Shown here in pieces: positions 18,101 through 25,570 of a stretch of DNA of 64,000 nt. Location of the stretch: contig CAMTWZ010000009.1 of the NCBI GenBank assembly GCA_947085565.1, forward strand, positions 22,040 to 86,039, read 5' to 3'. Position numbers and translations under genes: made by a program. The first letter of the stretch is position 1; every line of letters begins with the position of its first letter. The notes under the pieces are model-generated. The model saw nothing but the letters and a program-made list of their open reading frames with translations, had not been told where the DNA came from and did no database searches. The stretch comes from an uncultured Bacteroidota bacterium (GTDB lineage: Bacteria > Bacteroidota > Rhodothermia > Balneolales > HLUCCA01).

Positions 18101-18351
18101 CCGCAGACATTTCCACTTGGTTTTATGAACATCTGAATCAGGGGTTCGCCAAAGACGAGGCCTTGCGCGCTGCGAAAATCCGATATCTGACCACTCGGAG
18201 CAGCAATCCCCATGTTTGGGGGTCATTCATTCTGATCGGTGAAAACGACCCTCTTATAAATAAAATCAGCATCAGGGATCTCTTCGTCGGGGGTATCCTG
18301 ATGCTGATTTTGGGTGGGGCCCTGTTGCTTGTTTTTTATCGACGGAGCTGA
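15157..18351 (+). CDS. exported TPR-repeat CHAT-domain (caspase-fold) protein with a C-terminal membrane anchor
   Basis: 1064 aa. Signal-like MLRNVFIVMLIFVSEVAFGQ. TPR-like helical repeats at roughly aa 300-560. The CHAT region starts about LIFIPDGPLHRIPVEIL (nt 17461) and has His in ILHIASHSEV (17845-17847) and Cys in IMLSSCESGSG (17980-17982). Terminal helix LFVGGILMLILGGALLLVFYRRS. Confidence 0.8.
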   Translation: MLRNVFIVMLIFVSEVAFGQPQRFIQQQQADQLLQRIVQREYVAMHVWGLSQLTAQDTELHKYVRTRAGTFQPRTSAVDCYLNAITAVGHSAVMKAAWDCERLPDLGVLYLYSLEPTERAAAYRSNLTHFRYSSSDPVIDAYLKRALNPDADVAGIAGKRAFRAADVLLIPPGYGYSDGNAVHYLSLLDHWSIGLQPTRRSLSFADTYQVFLLIDSYHVRSQYERVYPFMETISGSSIFPDIDIKLRTYRRLAFAAYYLAYYQSALDFYRRDLLPTVRRMSDGNPNYVEARLRVETDFGSILFLLGDIQSARDIYAKIFHRRAELTDLRARSTLLNNLAVAYLNTGMVGDYLSLQFQALSDARLSRDNQNQLQILNNLYVFHWRRGDWENGIRYLNKAYEVALESNAKEELGNILSLYGTYHREFLKNPAKALEFNDRAISLLQSTGSKITLRLVQFEKALTLESLGRYDDAIALYTEIESDAALRNDLVSATVTRIQRIHLLQTLGRHGQTSELVTSLKNKDLRNTLDFEKFIEAVNVVATDDIHQNQPRKALALLEPVVTEIFTRIENSADSQTGFIRFKPEFAVSIRILVDLHLSLNQLEKAAELLDAVKTVNQSSLNNSNLIRSSLFSESERLEDFKLMQDIEQTRGKLMDASETQKLELNNRLLQLQRKRLPGINFKDRSIHEAQQFLGKGHAIVSITVVDHKVYRTTVTRTSIRVNALAGSKGMLEEWSQIGTKLQSGTTPLNDLHKLYQRLLGDVMKSKPSHLIFIPDGPLHRIPVEILPTTAPASETSFGSVRFLIEDLPVTYSTSIREHHSTDRTRPDYTSDFLGVGISRLRSFPLMNPLPFAEQEVNRISNTLSKLGNQRILTGAEATEAAIRQNAAGSRILHIASHSEVNMSDPLFSVIYLEANETDDGALYAYELFGMNLDMELIMLSSCESGSGSFIQGSGMVGLGRALRSAGARSLVMNMWSIQDQTAADISTWFYEHLNQGFAKDEALRAAKIRYLTTRSSNPHVWGSFILIGENDPLINKISIRDLFVGGILMLILGGALLLVFYRRS

Positions 18352-19064
18352 TCTTTGGCGTTGATCGCAGCTCGCTTGAATTCGCCATCCATCTGTATGA
18401 CCTGATCCAGATACAGATCGGCTTCTTTGAGTCTGTTTTGGTGAATCAGGGCATTGGCCGCATACCAAGTCGATTTTTCACGGATGGATGGATCAGTGCC
18501 TGGCGTATCGATGATGACGGCGAACAACGCGATCGCATCAGCGTAGTTTTTTGAATTGTAATTCAACGCCGCCAGACTCAGCTGGGTTCGGGAACGTTGA
18601 TCGAGGGTCAATTCCGATTCCAACAACGAATTGAGCCTGGACTCCGCCGAGGCCGTGTTTCCATCCAAGGCAAGTACGGTGACATCCCTCAAGGAGGCTT
18701 CGAACTCGTCTGAACTGACTTCCGCCGACCGCATCAAGCTGTATTCGACAGTGGCCAACGGGCGGAATTCAGCGGCGGAATCCGATCCGGTGAGGAAATA
18801 CATCGATGTTCCGACCCCGATGATCACCGCCGCAGCCGCTGCAGTCGCAGCCATTCTGATGCGTTCTCGGTTCATCAACGGAATCGGGGTCACATTCCGC
18901 CCCACGGAGAGTTTCCTCAAGGTGGCTGCGGTTTTCATGTAATCGAGATAGTCGTGCTGGATGACATCCACCCATAGGTGGTCTATCTGTTTCTGGGTCA
19001 GTACACCCTTCACATATAGATCAATCCTATCTTCCAGGTCAAGGAGTTTGGATCGGGTTTTCAC
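18336..19064 (-). CDS. single-pass membrane protein, putative anti-sigma factor with a TPR-like outer domain
   Basis: 242 aa, GTG start. The N-terminal roughly 75 aa are cytoplasmic and follow the usual anti-sigma pattern (IDLYVKGVLTQKQIDHLWVDVIQHDYLDYMK). One TM segment (MAATAAAAAVIIGVGTSMYFL). The C-terminal helical repeats look like TPR (YADAIALFAVII, WYAANALIHQNRLKEADLYLDQVI). No family signature recognised. Confidence 0.45.
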   Translation of the reverse strand: MKTRSKLLDLEDRIDLYVKGVLTQKQIDHLWVDVIQHDYLDYMKTAATLRKLSVGRNVTPIPLMNRERIRMAATAAAAAVIIGVGTSMYFLTGSDSAAEFRPLATVEYSLMRSAEVSSDEFEASLRDVTVLALDGNTASAESRLNSLLESELTLDQRSRTQLSLAALNYNSKNYADAIALFAVIIDTPGTDPSIREKSTWYAANALIHQNRLKEADLYLDQVIQMDGEFKRAAINAKDQLRR

Positions 19065-19125
19065 AAGGATTCTTCATGGTTTGATTCTCATAGTAAATCA
19101 AGGCTGTAACAAAAGACCGAGGAAC

Positions 19126-19710
19126 TCAGAACGTGGGTTGTTCGCCACGTTTCTGCATCACAAGACGGATGGTGTTCAGAAGGTCTTCTTTTTGAAACGG
19201 TTTGGGCAAAAACGCATCCATACCGGCTTCCAGGCAGTGCTCGCGGATATTGGTGGTGAGATTCGCAGTGACTGCGATGATGGGAACATCCTTGTATTGC
19301 TCGATCCGACGCAATTGGCGGGTGGTTTCAATGCCATCCATCCCTTCGCCCAGGTTCACATCCATGATGATGACATCATAGTGTTCGTCTTTGGCAAGCT
19401 GGAGAGCTTCGGCGCCGTTTTCCGCGGCGTCAACTTGAAATCGCTTCTTACGTAGGAAATACTTCACGATCGAACGGACTTCCGCGTTGTCTTCCACATG
19501 GAGAGTTCGCAGTGATACCGATTCGATGGTGTCTGTTGCCGTTTCAGACACGGCTTCAATCCTTTCCGACTGTTCATCCCAAACATACCTCCTGACCGAA
19601 TCCTTCGCACTGCGCTCAGTTAAGACAATGGATGGTACGAACATAAGTGTATCGGCAGAGGTCGTCTGCCTTAGGTTTGATTGGACGAAGTTGTGAAGTA
19701 CTCGAAACAT
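19126..19710 (-). CDS. stand-alone response-regulator receiver protein with a roughly 70-aa N-terminal extension
   Basis: REC motifs: LHVEDN, phospho-acceptor context DVIIMDVNLGEGMDG, IIAVTAN, KPF. No output domain. AAGGAGG lies 7 nt upstream of the ATG. Confidence 0.8.
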   Translation of the reverse strand: MFRVLHNFVQSNLRQTTSADTLMFVPSIVLTERSAKDSVRRYVWDEQSERIEAVSETATDTIESVSLRTLHVEDNAEVRSIVKYFLRKKRFQVDAAENGAEALQLAKDEHYDVIIMDVNLGEGMDGIETTRQLRRIEQYKDVPIIAVTANLTTNIREHCLEAGMDAFLPKPFQKEDLLNTIRLVMQKRGEQPTF

Positions 19711-19729
19711 GGATGTTCCTCCTTATCTC

Positions 19730-19760
19730 TATGATCCTGAGGAACCCGATTTGTTACAGC
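19730..19760 (-). promoter_or_regulatory. promoter-like motif, minus-strand copy, upstream of the receiver/anti-sigma-like unit
   Basis: The minus strand reads GCTGTAACAAATCGGGTTCCTCAGGATCATA, then GAGATAAGGAGGAACATCC ATG. It matches the motif at 14715-14745. Confidence 0.4.
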
Positions 19761-19832
19761 CACCAGAAGATTATTTTTTTCTTATGGTACCGATGGCTCA
19801 AATGTATCTAAATATGCACTTCTTAATGATTT

Positions 19833-19898
19833 AAGATTTTCTAACGCTTCCCCGTACTGCCCAACGATGTGCGAATACGGAGAATGTTAGAAAATCCT
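19833..19898 (-). terminator. inverted repeat downstream of the S9 peptidase gene (possible terminator or structured RNA)
   Basis: aagattttctaac (19833-19845) pairs with gttagaaaatcct (19886-19898), 12/13 complementary. There is an inner ccgta/tacgg pair. It starts 15 nt after the peptidase stop on the minus strand. No clear U-tract follows. Confidence 0.35.
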
Positions 19899-19912
19899 AA
19901 CCCTTTCTGGAG

Positions 19913-22615
19913 TCAATTTCCGGAGTAAGCCTCTCCTTTTCTGATCCATTCGGCGGCCGGAGCCCCTTTCAGATAGTGGTCGAAGTACTCTTTCATCCGG
20001 ATGGTGTAGTCCATTTTGTTCGCATAACGCTGAGGATGGTGAGGTTCGCCATGATATTGAAGGAAGATGACGTCCTTATTGAGCCGTCGCATCGCCAGGT
20101 ACAATTCGATGCCTTGATACCAGGGCACCGCGTCGTCTTCATCGCCGAACATGATCAGAGTCGGCGTTTTGATGCGGTCGGCGAAGAACACGGGTGAATT
20201 CTCGATGTACAGATCTCTGGCTTCCCACATCGTCTTCCCGATCCGGCTTTGTTGCTGTTCGTATTGGAACTGACGGGCCAGGCCTGTGCCCCAACGGATG
20301 CCGTTATAGGCGCTGGTCATGTTAGATACTGGAGCCCCGACGATTGCCGCCGCGAACAGATTCGTCTGCGTGATGATGTGAGCCGCTTGGTATCCGCTCC
20401 ATGAATGGCCGTGGATTCCGATCCGAGCCGGATCAGCGATCCCCAGATCGATCAGCTTCTGCACTCCGGGAACGATGTATTTGGTGGACGAATAACCCGG
20501 CTGACCCAAATCATACCTAACGTCCGGCAAGAATATGGCATATCCGTTGCTGGCGTAATATGGAAATGAGGGGCGATGATTCACCGCCAAAGCATTGTAT
20601 TCGTGCAATCGCTGGGAGAACAGCTCATAGAAATACACGATTACGGGTAGTTTGGTACCCGGTTTCCATCCACCCGGCGTGATCAGCACCCCTTGAACCG
20701 GAATTCCATCCATGCTCGACCATTCCACCAGTTGGGATTGTCCCCAAGCAAGCTCTTTCATGATCGGATTGACATCAGTGCGTTTCACTTTGGTCTTGAA
20801 CTTGGAATCGGAGCTCCATAAATCAGGAAACTCGTTGTAGGATTCGCGTGTGTACAGAACCACGTCCGCATTTTTGGCTTTGGCTATGAAGTTGAGTTTC
20901 TTGGATTCATCCAGAAGCAAGGTGAGGCTTGGACGTTCAAATCGAAGCTCATAAAACCCGGTGGTTTTTTTCAAGTCGTGATAACCGGTGAGCAACAAGG
21001 GTTGGCTCACGGAAATGGTGGGCTTGTCGGTGGTGATTCTCACACGGTATTGGAGTTTGTCTCTTCGGCCGGTCCGGGTGAGATTCGCCGATGTTCCCGA
21101 ACTCGGATCGAACGCCCAGATATCGAATTTGTCGTAAATGAGGACCCGGGCCTCATTGTCCAACCATCCTGCGATTCCATACCCTGAAGCGCTGCCAGGT
21201 GTGTCGTGGTCTTCGTTGGCGAAGGAAGTCGATATGGATTGCGTCAGATTGCGGCTCACACCGGTCGCGGAATTCGTGGCATGCCAATGTCCGTCGCGGA
21301 AATAGACCACCCAGACACCGGTTGGCGACAATTGCGCGGAACCGCTGTGACGTGTGAGTATTCTCCGGCGCGACCCGCTTTGCAGATCCACGACGGAAAT
21401 ATCGGATTGGTTACCGAACCACGAAATCTCCCGCTGATAATCGCTGTTGGATGTTCCAAGCGCGAAACGCGTGTTTTTAGGCACAGATACCGATGCCAAG
21501 CTCGAATCGGCCAAGGCTACCGTCCGATTTCCGGCCCTATGCCAAACGCTCATAAACGTCCGGTTTCTGCGTTGGGTAGCCGTTTTGATCTCATGAGGTT
21601 TGATGAGCGGATCTTCGCCATGCCACACATCCAGACCCCGATCGGCGCGGATGAATTCGGTGTCTGTGAAATTCGTCGTGCTCCATTCATCGCGCTTGGG
21701 TTTCATCACGGGTTTTTCCGCTTCCGGCTTCACTCCGAAAAAGAGAAGTTCGCCACGGTCCGACCAGCTCAAGGTGTTTCTGAACGGGACATATCGGCCC
21801 GAAAAAGCAGGTTCGATTTCACTCAGGGTGTTGGAAAAAACAAATAACTGGGATTCTTCCACTGCCTGATCCGCATCTTCCTGTGCGGAAAGAAACGCCA
21901 GACTGGAGGTCGATTCATTCCAAGTAAGCCTGTCGTATCGAGCGAACGGTGCGGCATGGAGGGTGTCGACGGTGCCATCCGCGATCTTGTAACGGATCAG
22001 TGCGTTGCCTTTTCCGGAACTGTCGGCGAGCGCCAGGAAGACGACGCTGCCGAGCGAATCGGCCTGAAATGCGGACACGAATGGAATCGTGCGGATGGAT
22101 TCCGAACCCAAACTGCGAATTTCGAGCGTGGAGCCGATAGTTTTGCGCCATCCGCTTCCCGCTTTGCCTGCATTGTACCAGACCAGGATATATTTTGAAT
22201 TCCCTGTGAACTGAAACGATTTCACATCCGCCAAGGTGGTCATCACTCCGGTGGATGTCGGGAAATACACCATTCCCGCTTTGGGGCGGTCGGCCGGTTT
22301 GGATGCGTTTTCCACGGCGATCACATCGGGTCGGACGGTGACTCCCGCAAAAGCCGCATCTGTTGAGAACACCGGTTTTTCACCGTTCGGGATGGTGTAT
22401 GAACGCCGGCCTGCGATTTCCTTGACCACAGCCTCTCCATTGCCGCGATCGGGCCAGGTATCGTATCCCATCCAAACCCCGTTGTCGGAAATCGACGCAT
22501 TGCGAAGGGTTCGCATCGACATCAGGTCGTTCAGGGTCATCGGTCGGTTTTGAGCGAAAGAGTGATCGGAGAACGCGAAAAGCGTGAGGACGAAGACGAA
22601 CAGGAATTTGCGCAT
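19913..22615 (-). CDS. S9 family serine peptidase (prolyl oligopeptidase/dipeptidyl aminopeptidase type) with an N-terminal beta-propeller
   Basis: C-terminal alpha/beta hydrolase with nucleophile elbow GIHGHSWSGYQ, then FGDEDDAV and GEPHH. Signal peptide MRKFLFVFVLTLFAFSDHSFAQ from the ATG at 22615. The track start at 22684 is a TTG. Confidence 0.85.
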   Translation of the reverse strand: MRKFLFVFVLTLFAFSDHSFAQNRPMTLNDLMSMRTLRNASISDNGVWMGYDTWPDRGNGEAVVKEIAGRRSYTIPNGEKPVFSTDAAFAGVTVRPDVIAVENASKPADRPKAGMVYFPTSTGVMTTLADVKSFQFTGNSKYILVWYNAGKAGSGWRKTIGSTLEIRSLGSESIRTIPFVSAFQADSLGSVVFLALADSSGKGNALIRYKIADGTVDTLHAAPFARYDRLTWNESTSSLAFLSAQEDADQAVEESQLFVFSNTLSEIEPAFSGRYVPFRNTLSWSDRGELLFFGVKPEAEKPVMKPKRDEWSTTNFTDTEFIRADRGLDVWHGEDPLIKPHEIKTATQRRNRTFMSVWHRAGNRTVALADSSLASVSVPKNTRFALGTSNSDYQREISWFGNQSDISVVDLQSGSRRRILTRHSGSAQLSPTGVWVVYFRDGHWHATNSATGVSRNLTQSISTSFANEDHDTPGSASGYGIAGWLDNEARVLIYDKFDIWAFDPSSGTSANLTRTGRRDKLQYRVRITTDKPTISVSQPLLLTGYHDLKKTTGFYELRFERPSLTLLLDESKKLNFIAKAKNADVVLYTRESYNEFPDLWSSDSKFKTKVKRTDVNPIMKELAWGQSQLVEWSSMDGIPVQGVLITPGGWKPGTKLPVIVYFYELFSQRLHEYNALAVNHRPSFPYYASNGYAIFLPDVRYDLGQPGYSSTKYIVPGVQKLIDLGIADPARIGIHGHSWSGYQAAHIITQTNLFAAAIVGAPVSNMTSAYNGIRWGTGLARQFQYEQQQSRIGKTMWEARDLYIENSPVFFADRIKTPTLIMFGDEDDAVPWYQGIELYLAMRRLNKDVIFLQYHGEPHHPQRYANKMDYTIRMKEYFDHYLKGAPAAEWIRKGEAYSGN

Positions 22616-22708
22616 GGAGACCGTGGGTTGGTGAACGTTGAAAATCGAAAACCTACGCTTGGTATGCAATTTTCGTAACTTCAATTAACAAGAACAGCCG
22701 GGACCGAT

Positions 22709-24052
22709 TTGAAAGTGATCATTATCGGGGCGGGCGAGGTCGGGTACGACCTCGGATCCATGCTCTCGCAGGAAAAACACGATGTCGTCATTCTCGATCG
22801 AGACAAAGAGGCGCTTCGCATCTGTGGTGAAAGCGATGTGATGACCATCGAGGGTAATGCGACATCGGCTCAGGATTTGCAACGTGCCGGTGTGGCGGAT
22901 GCCGATCTGGTGGTCGCGGCCACGAACTTGGACGAAGTGAACATGGTCGCGGCATTGCTCAGCAAGCGTCTGGGTGCGGCCAAAGTGATCGCCCGCATCC
23001 GCAATGACGAGTTTTCAAGACCGAACGCTCTGGTGCGCCCGGCCGATATGGGCATCGATGTGATGATCCATCCCGAACAGAGCGTGGCGCGCGAAATCGT
23101 TCTTTTGGTGAAGCGTGCCGCCGCATCGGATGTGGTGAGTCTGGCGGAAGGAAAAATGCAATTGGTGGGCATCCGATTGGACAAAGCCTCCCCAATCGTC
23201 GGCAAGAAACTGATCGAAGTGGCTCCTCTGGCTCCTGAGACTCCGTTCCGTGTGGTAGCCATCTACCGTGGCGGCTTCACCCTCATTCCGTTCGGAAACG
23301 ACCGCCTGCAAGCCAATGACCATATTTTCGTGCTGGCCAGAACCGAGGATGTCAGCGCGATGTTGAGCATCACGGGACATGAGAACCGCAAGATCCGCAA
23401 CATCATGATCACCGGCGGAACCACGGTCGGCGCCATGATCGCCCGGATGCTCAGTCAGGACGAAACCGACTGGAAGATAAAGCTCATCGAACCTGACTAT
23501 GAGACATCCTATGAGTTGGCCACGGAATTGAGGGATGTGTTGGTGCTGCATGGCAATCCCACCGATCCGAACCTGTTGGTGACCGAGGGTATCACCGAAA
23601 CCGATGTGTTCATCGCCGTCACGGAAGACGAAGAGTCGAACATCATTTCCTGCCTGATGGCCAAGCACCTGAAAGTGCCGAAAGTGATCGCGATGGTGTC
23701 GAAACCCGATTACATTCCGTTGAGTCAGACCATAGGCCTGGATGCGGCGGTGAATAAGAAACTGGCCGCATCGAACGAAATCCATCGGCTGGTACGAAAA
23801 GGATCCGTACTCTCGGTGGCCGCGTTGCATGGTATCAAAGCCGAAGTCTTGGAATTCGAAGCCCAGCCCACCTCCAAAATCACCGGACATACCATCGCGA
23901 AACTCGTGTTTCCGAAGGGATGTGTGGTCGGTGGTGTGATTCGAGGCGGAAAAGCGGAAGTCGCCACCGGAAACACCGTGGTCGTGGCCGGCGATCGGGT
24001 GATCGTGTTCTGTCTGCCTGAGTCTATCGATAAAATCTCATCCTATTTCTGA
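22709..24052 (+). CDS. trkA: Trk potassium uptake system NAD-binding subunit
   Basis: Two Rossmann-type TrkA_N modules (IIIGAGEVG, IMITGGTTVG), each followed by an RCK_C-like domain. TTG start. Confidence 0.9.
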   Translation: MKVIIIGAGEVGYDLGSMLSQEKHDVVILDRDKEALRICGESDVMTIEGNATSAQDLQRAGVADADLVVAATNLDEVNMVAALLSKRLGAAKVIARIRNDEFSRPNALVRPADMGIDVMIHPEQSVAREIVLLVKRAAASDVVSLAEGKMQLVGIRLDKASPIVGKKLIEVAPLAPETPFRVVAIYRGGFTLIPFGNDRLQANDHIFVLARTEDVSAMLSITGHENRKIRNIMITGGTTVGAMIARMLSQDETDWKIKLIEPDYETSYELATELRDVLVLHGNPTDPNLLVTEGITETDVFIAVTEDEESNIISCLMAKHLKVPKVIAMVSKPDYIPLSQTIGLDAAVNKKLAASNEIHRLVRKGSVLSVAALHGIKAEVLEFEAQPTSKITGHTIAKLVFPKGCVVGGVIRGGKAEVATGNTVVVAGDRVIVFCLPESIDKISSYF

Positions 24053-25566
24053 TGCTGTTCGGAAACCTCAACCGAAGCCGTAGCAAGATCGATGTCAAAG
24101 TGGTGGCGGGAGTCTCCGGCGCCCTCATTTTTTTCATGGGCTTCGCCCTACTATTGCCACTTCCTCTGTCTTTGTATGACCAGGAAAGCATCTGGTGGGT
24201 GTACGCCTCATCGGCGTTGATCGCATTCATTTTGGGTGGCGGGTTGTTCTGGATATACCGTCCGCAAACCGACCTCCGAGCCCGAGAAGCGTTTCTGGTG
24301 GTTTCCCTGACCTGGATTATACTTTCCGCATTCGGGGCGCTTCCGATGTATCTATCGGGAAGCCTCACCCATTTCACAGATGCTTTCTTTGAAGCGATGA
24401 GCGGCCTGACCACCACCGGAGCCACGGTCTATGGCGGAACCACATCCGACGGAGTCTTTAACGGACTCTTGGTCGATCAACCCCGAAGCATCCTGCTTTG
24501 GCGTTCCCTGATGCATTGGTTCGGCGGAATGGGTTTCGTGGTCTTATCCGTTGCCGTTTTGCCTTTCCTGAGCGTTGGCGGGGGTTCTCAGCTGTTTTCT
24601 GCGGAATCGAGCGCCGGGATGACCGATAAGATCACTCCACGGGTTCAGGAAGCGGCGACATGGCTTTGGGGAGTGTATCTCACCTTCACCCTCGTGAATT
24701 TCATCTTGCTTTGGGTGCATCCCAAAATGGATTGGTTTGACGCTTTGAATCATGCGATGGCCACATTGGCCACGGGAGGCTTCTCCACTAAGGATGCCTC
24801 CTTAGCGTATTACGACTCTGCCTATCTGGACTGGATCACCATCTTTTTCATGTTCTCGGCCGGCATCAGTTTCACTATGCATTTCAGGCTGCTTCGTGGT
24901 GAGTTCCGTGTGTTCGGGAATAACCGTGAGACCCGATTTTACAGTCTCATGGTGCTGATTTCCGTGGTCTTCGTGTCGGCTATCCTTTGGATTACCGGCG
25001 GGTACGACATATTGGATGCCCTGCGCTACGGAGCTTTCCAAGTGGTGTCCATAATCACTACAACAGGTTTCATCACCTACAACTACGAAGTGTGGCCTTC
25101 ACTTGCGGTGCTTTTTCTCTTCCTTCTATTCTTCACCGGAGGTACAGCCGGGTCGACAGCAGGTGGCATCAAATCCTTCCGAATTCTCATCCTTCTGAAA
25201 AACACGATGCGTGAGATTCGACAGACCGTGCATCCCAGGGGCGTACTTCCAGTGCAGATCGGGTCAAAGAACATCGAACCCGCCACCATCATGCGGGTGT
25301 TGAGCTTCGTGATTTCGTATGTGTTCTTTTTCTCGATCGGATCGCTGATCCTTTCCGCACTTGGACTCGATTTCATGTCGGCCATCGGGGCGAGTATTTC
25401 CTGTCTGGGAAACATCGGCCCGGCATTCGGCGAATTCGGTCCGGTCAACAACTACGCGTCCATGCCCATGATGGGCAAATGGACGATGTCGTTGCTGATG
25501 ATGATCGGACGCCTTGAAGTCTTCACCGTGCTGGTGCTGTTCTCCAAGGCGTACTGGCGCGAATAA
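24052..25566 (+). CDS. trkH: Trk potassium transporter membrane subunit
   Basis: 504-aa multi-pass protein with TrkH motifs (MSGLTTTGATV, ATGGFSTKDAS, GGTAGSTAGGIKSFR, CLGNIGPAFG). The start overlaps the trkA stop. Confidence 0.9.
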   Translation: MLFGNLNRSRSKIDVKVVAGVSGALIFFMGFALLLPLPLSLYDQESIWWVYASSALIAFILGGGLFWIYRPQTDLRAREAFLVVSLTWIILSAFGALPMYLSGSLTHFTDAFFEAMSGLTTTGATVYGGTTSDGVFNGLLVDQPRSILLWRSLMHWFGGMGFVVLSVAVLPFLSVGGGSQLFSAESSAGMTDKITPRVQEAATWLWGVYLTFTLVNFILLWVHPKMDWFDALNHAMATLATGGFSTKDASLAYYDSAYLDWITIFFMFSAGISFTMHFRLLRGEFRVFGNNRETRFYSLMVLISVVFVSAILWITGGYDILDALRYGAFQVVSIITTTGFITYNYEVWPSLAVLFLFLLFFTGGTAGSTAGGIKSFRILILLKNTMREIRQTVHPRGVLPVQIGSKNIEPATIMRVLSFVISYVFFFSIGSLILSALGLDFMSAIGASISCLGNIGPAFGEFGPVNNYASMPMMGKWTMSLLMMIGRLEVFTVLVLFSKAYWRE

Positions 25567-25570
25567 AGGC

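Noticed and set aside
23015-23890. 291-aa ORF antisense to trkA
   Set aside because: No recognisable motif, and a His/Arg/Gly-rich composition. It is fully contained opposite a confidently called gene.
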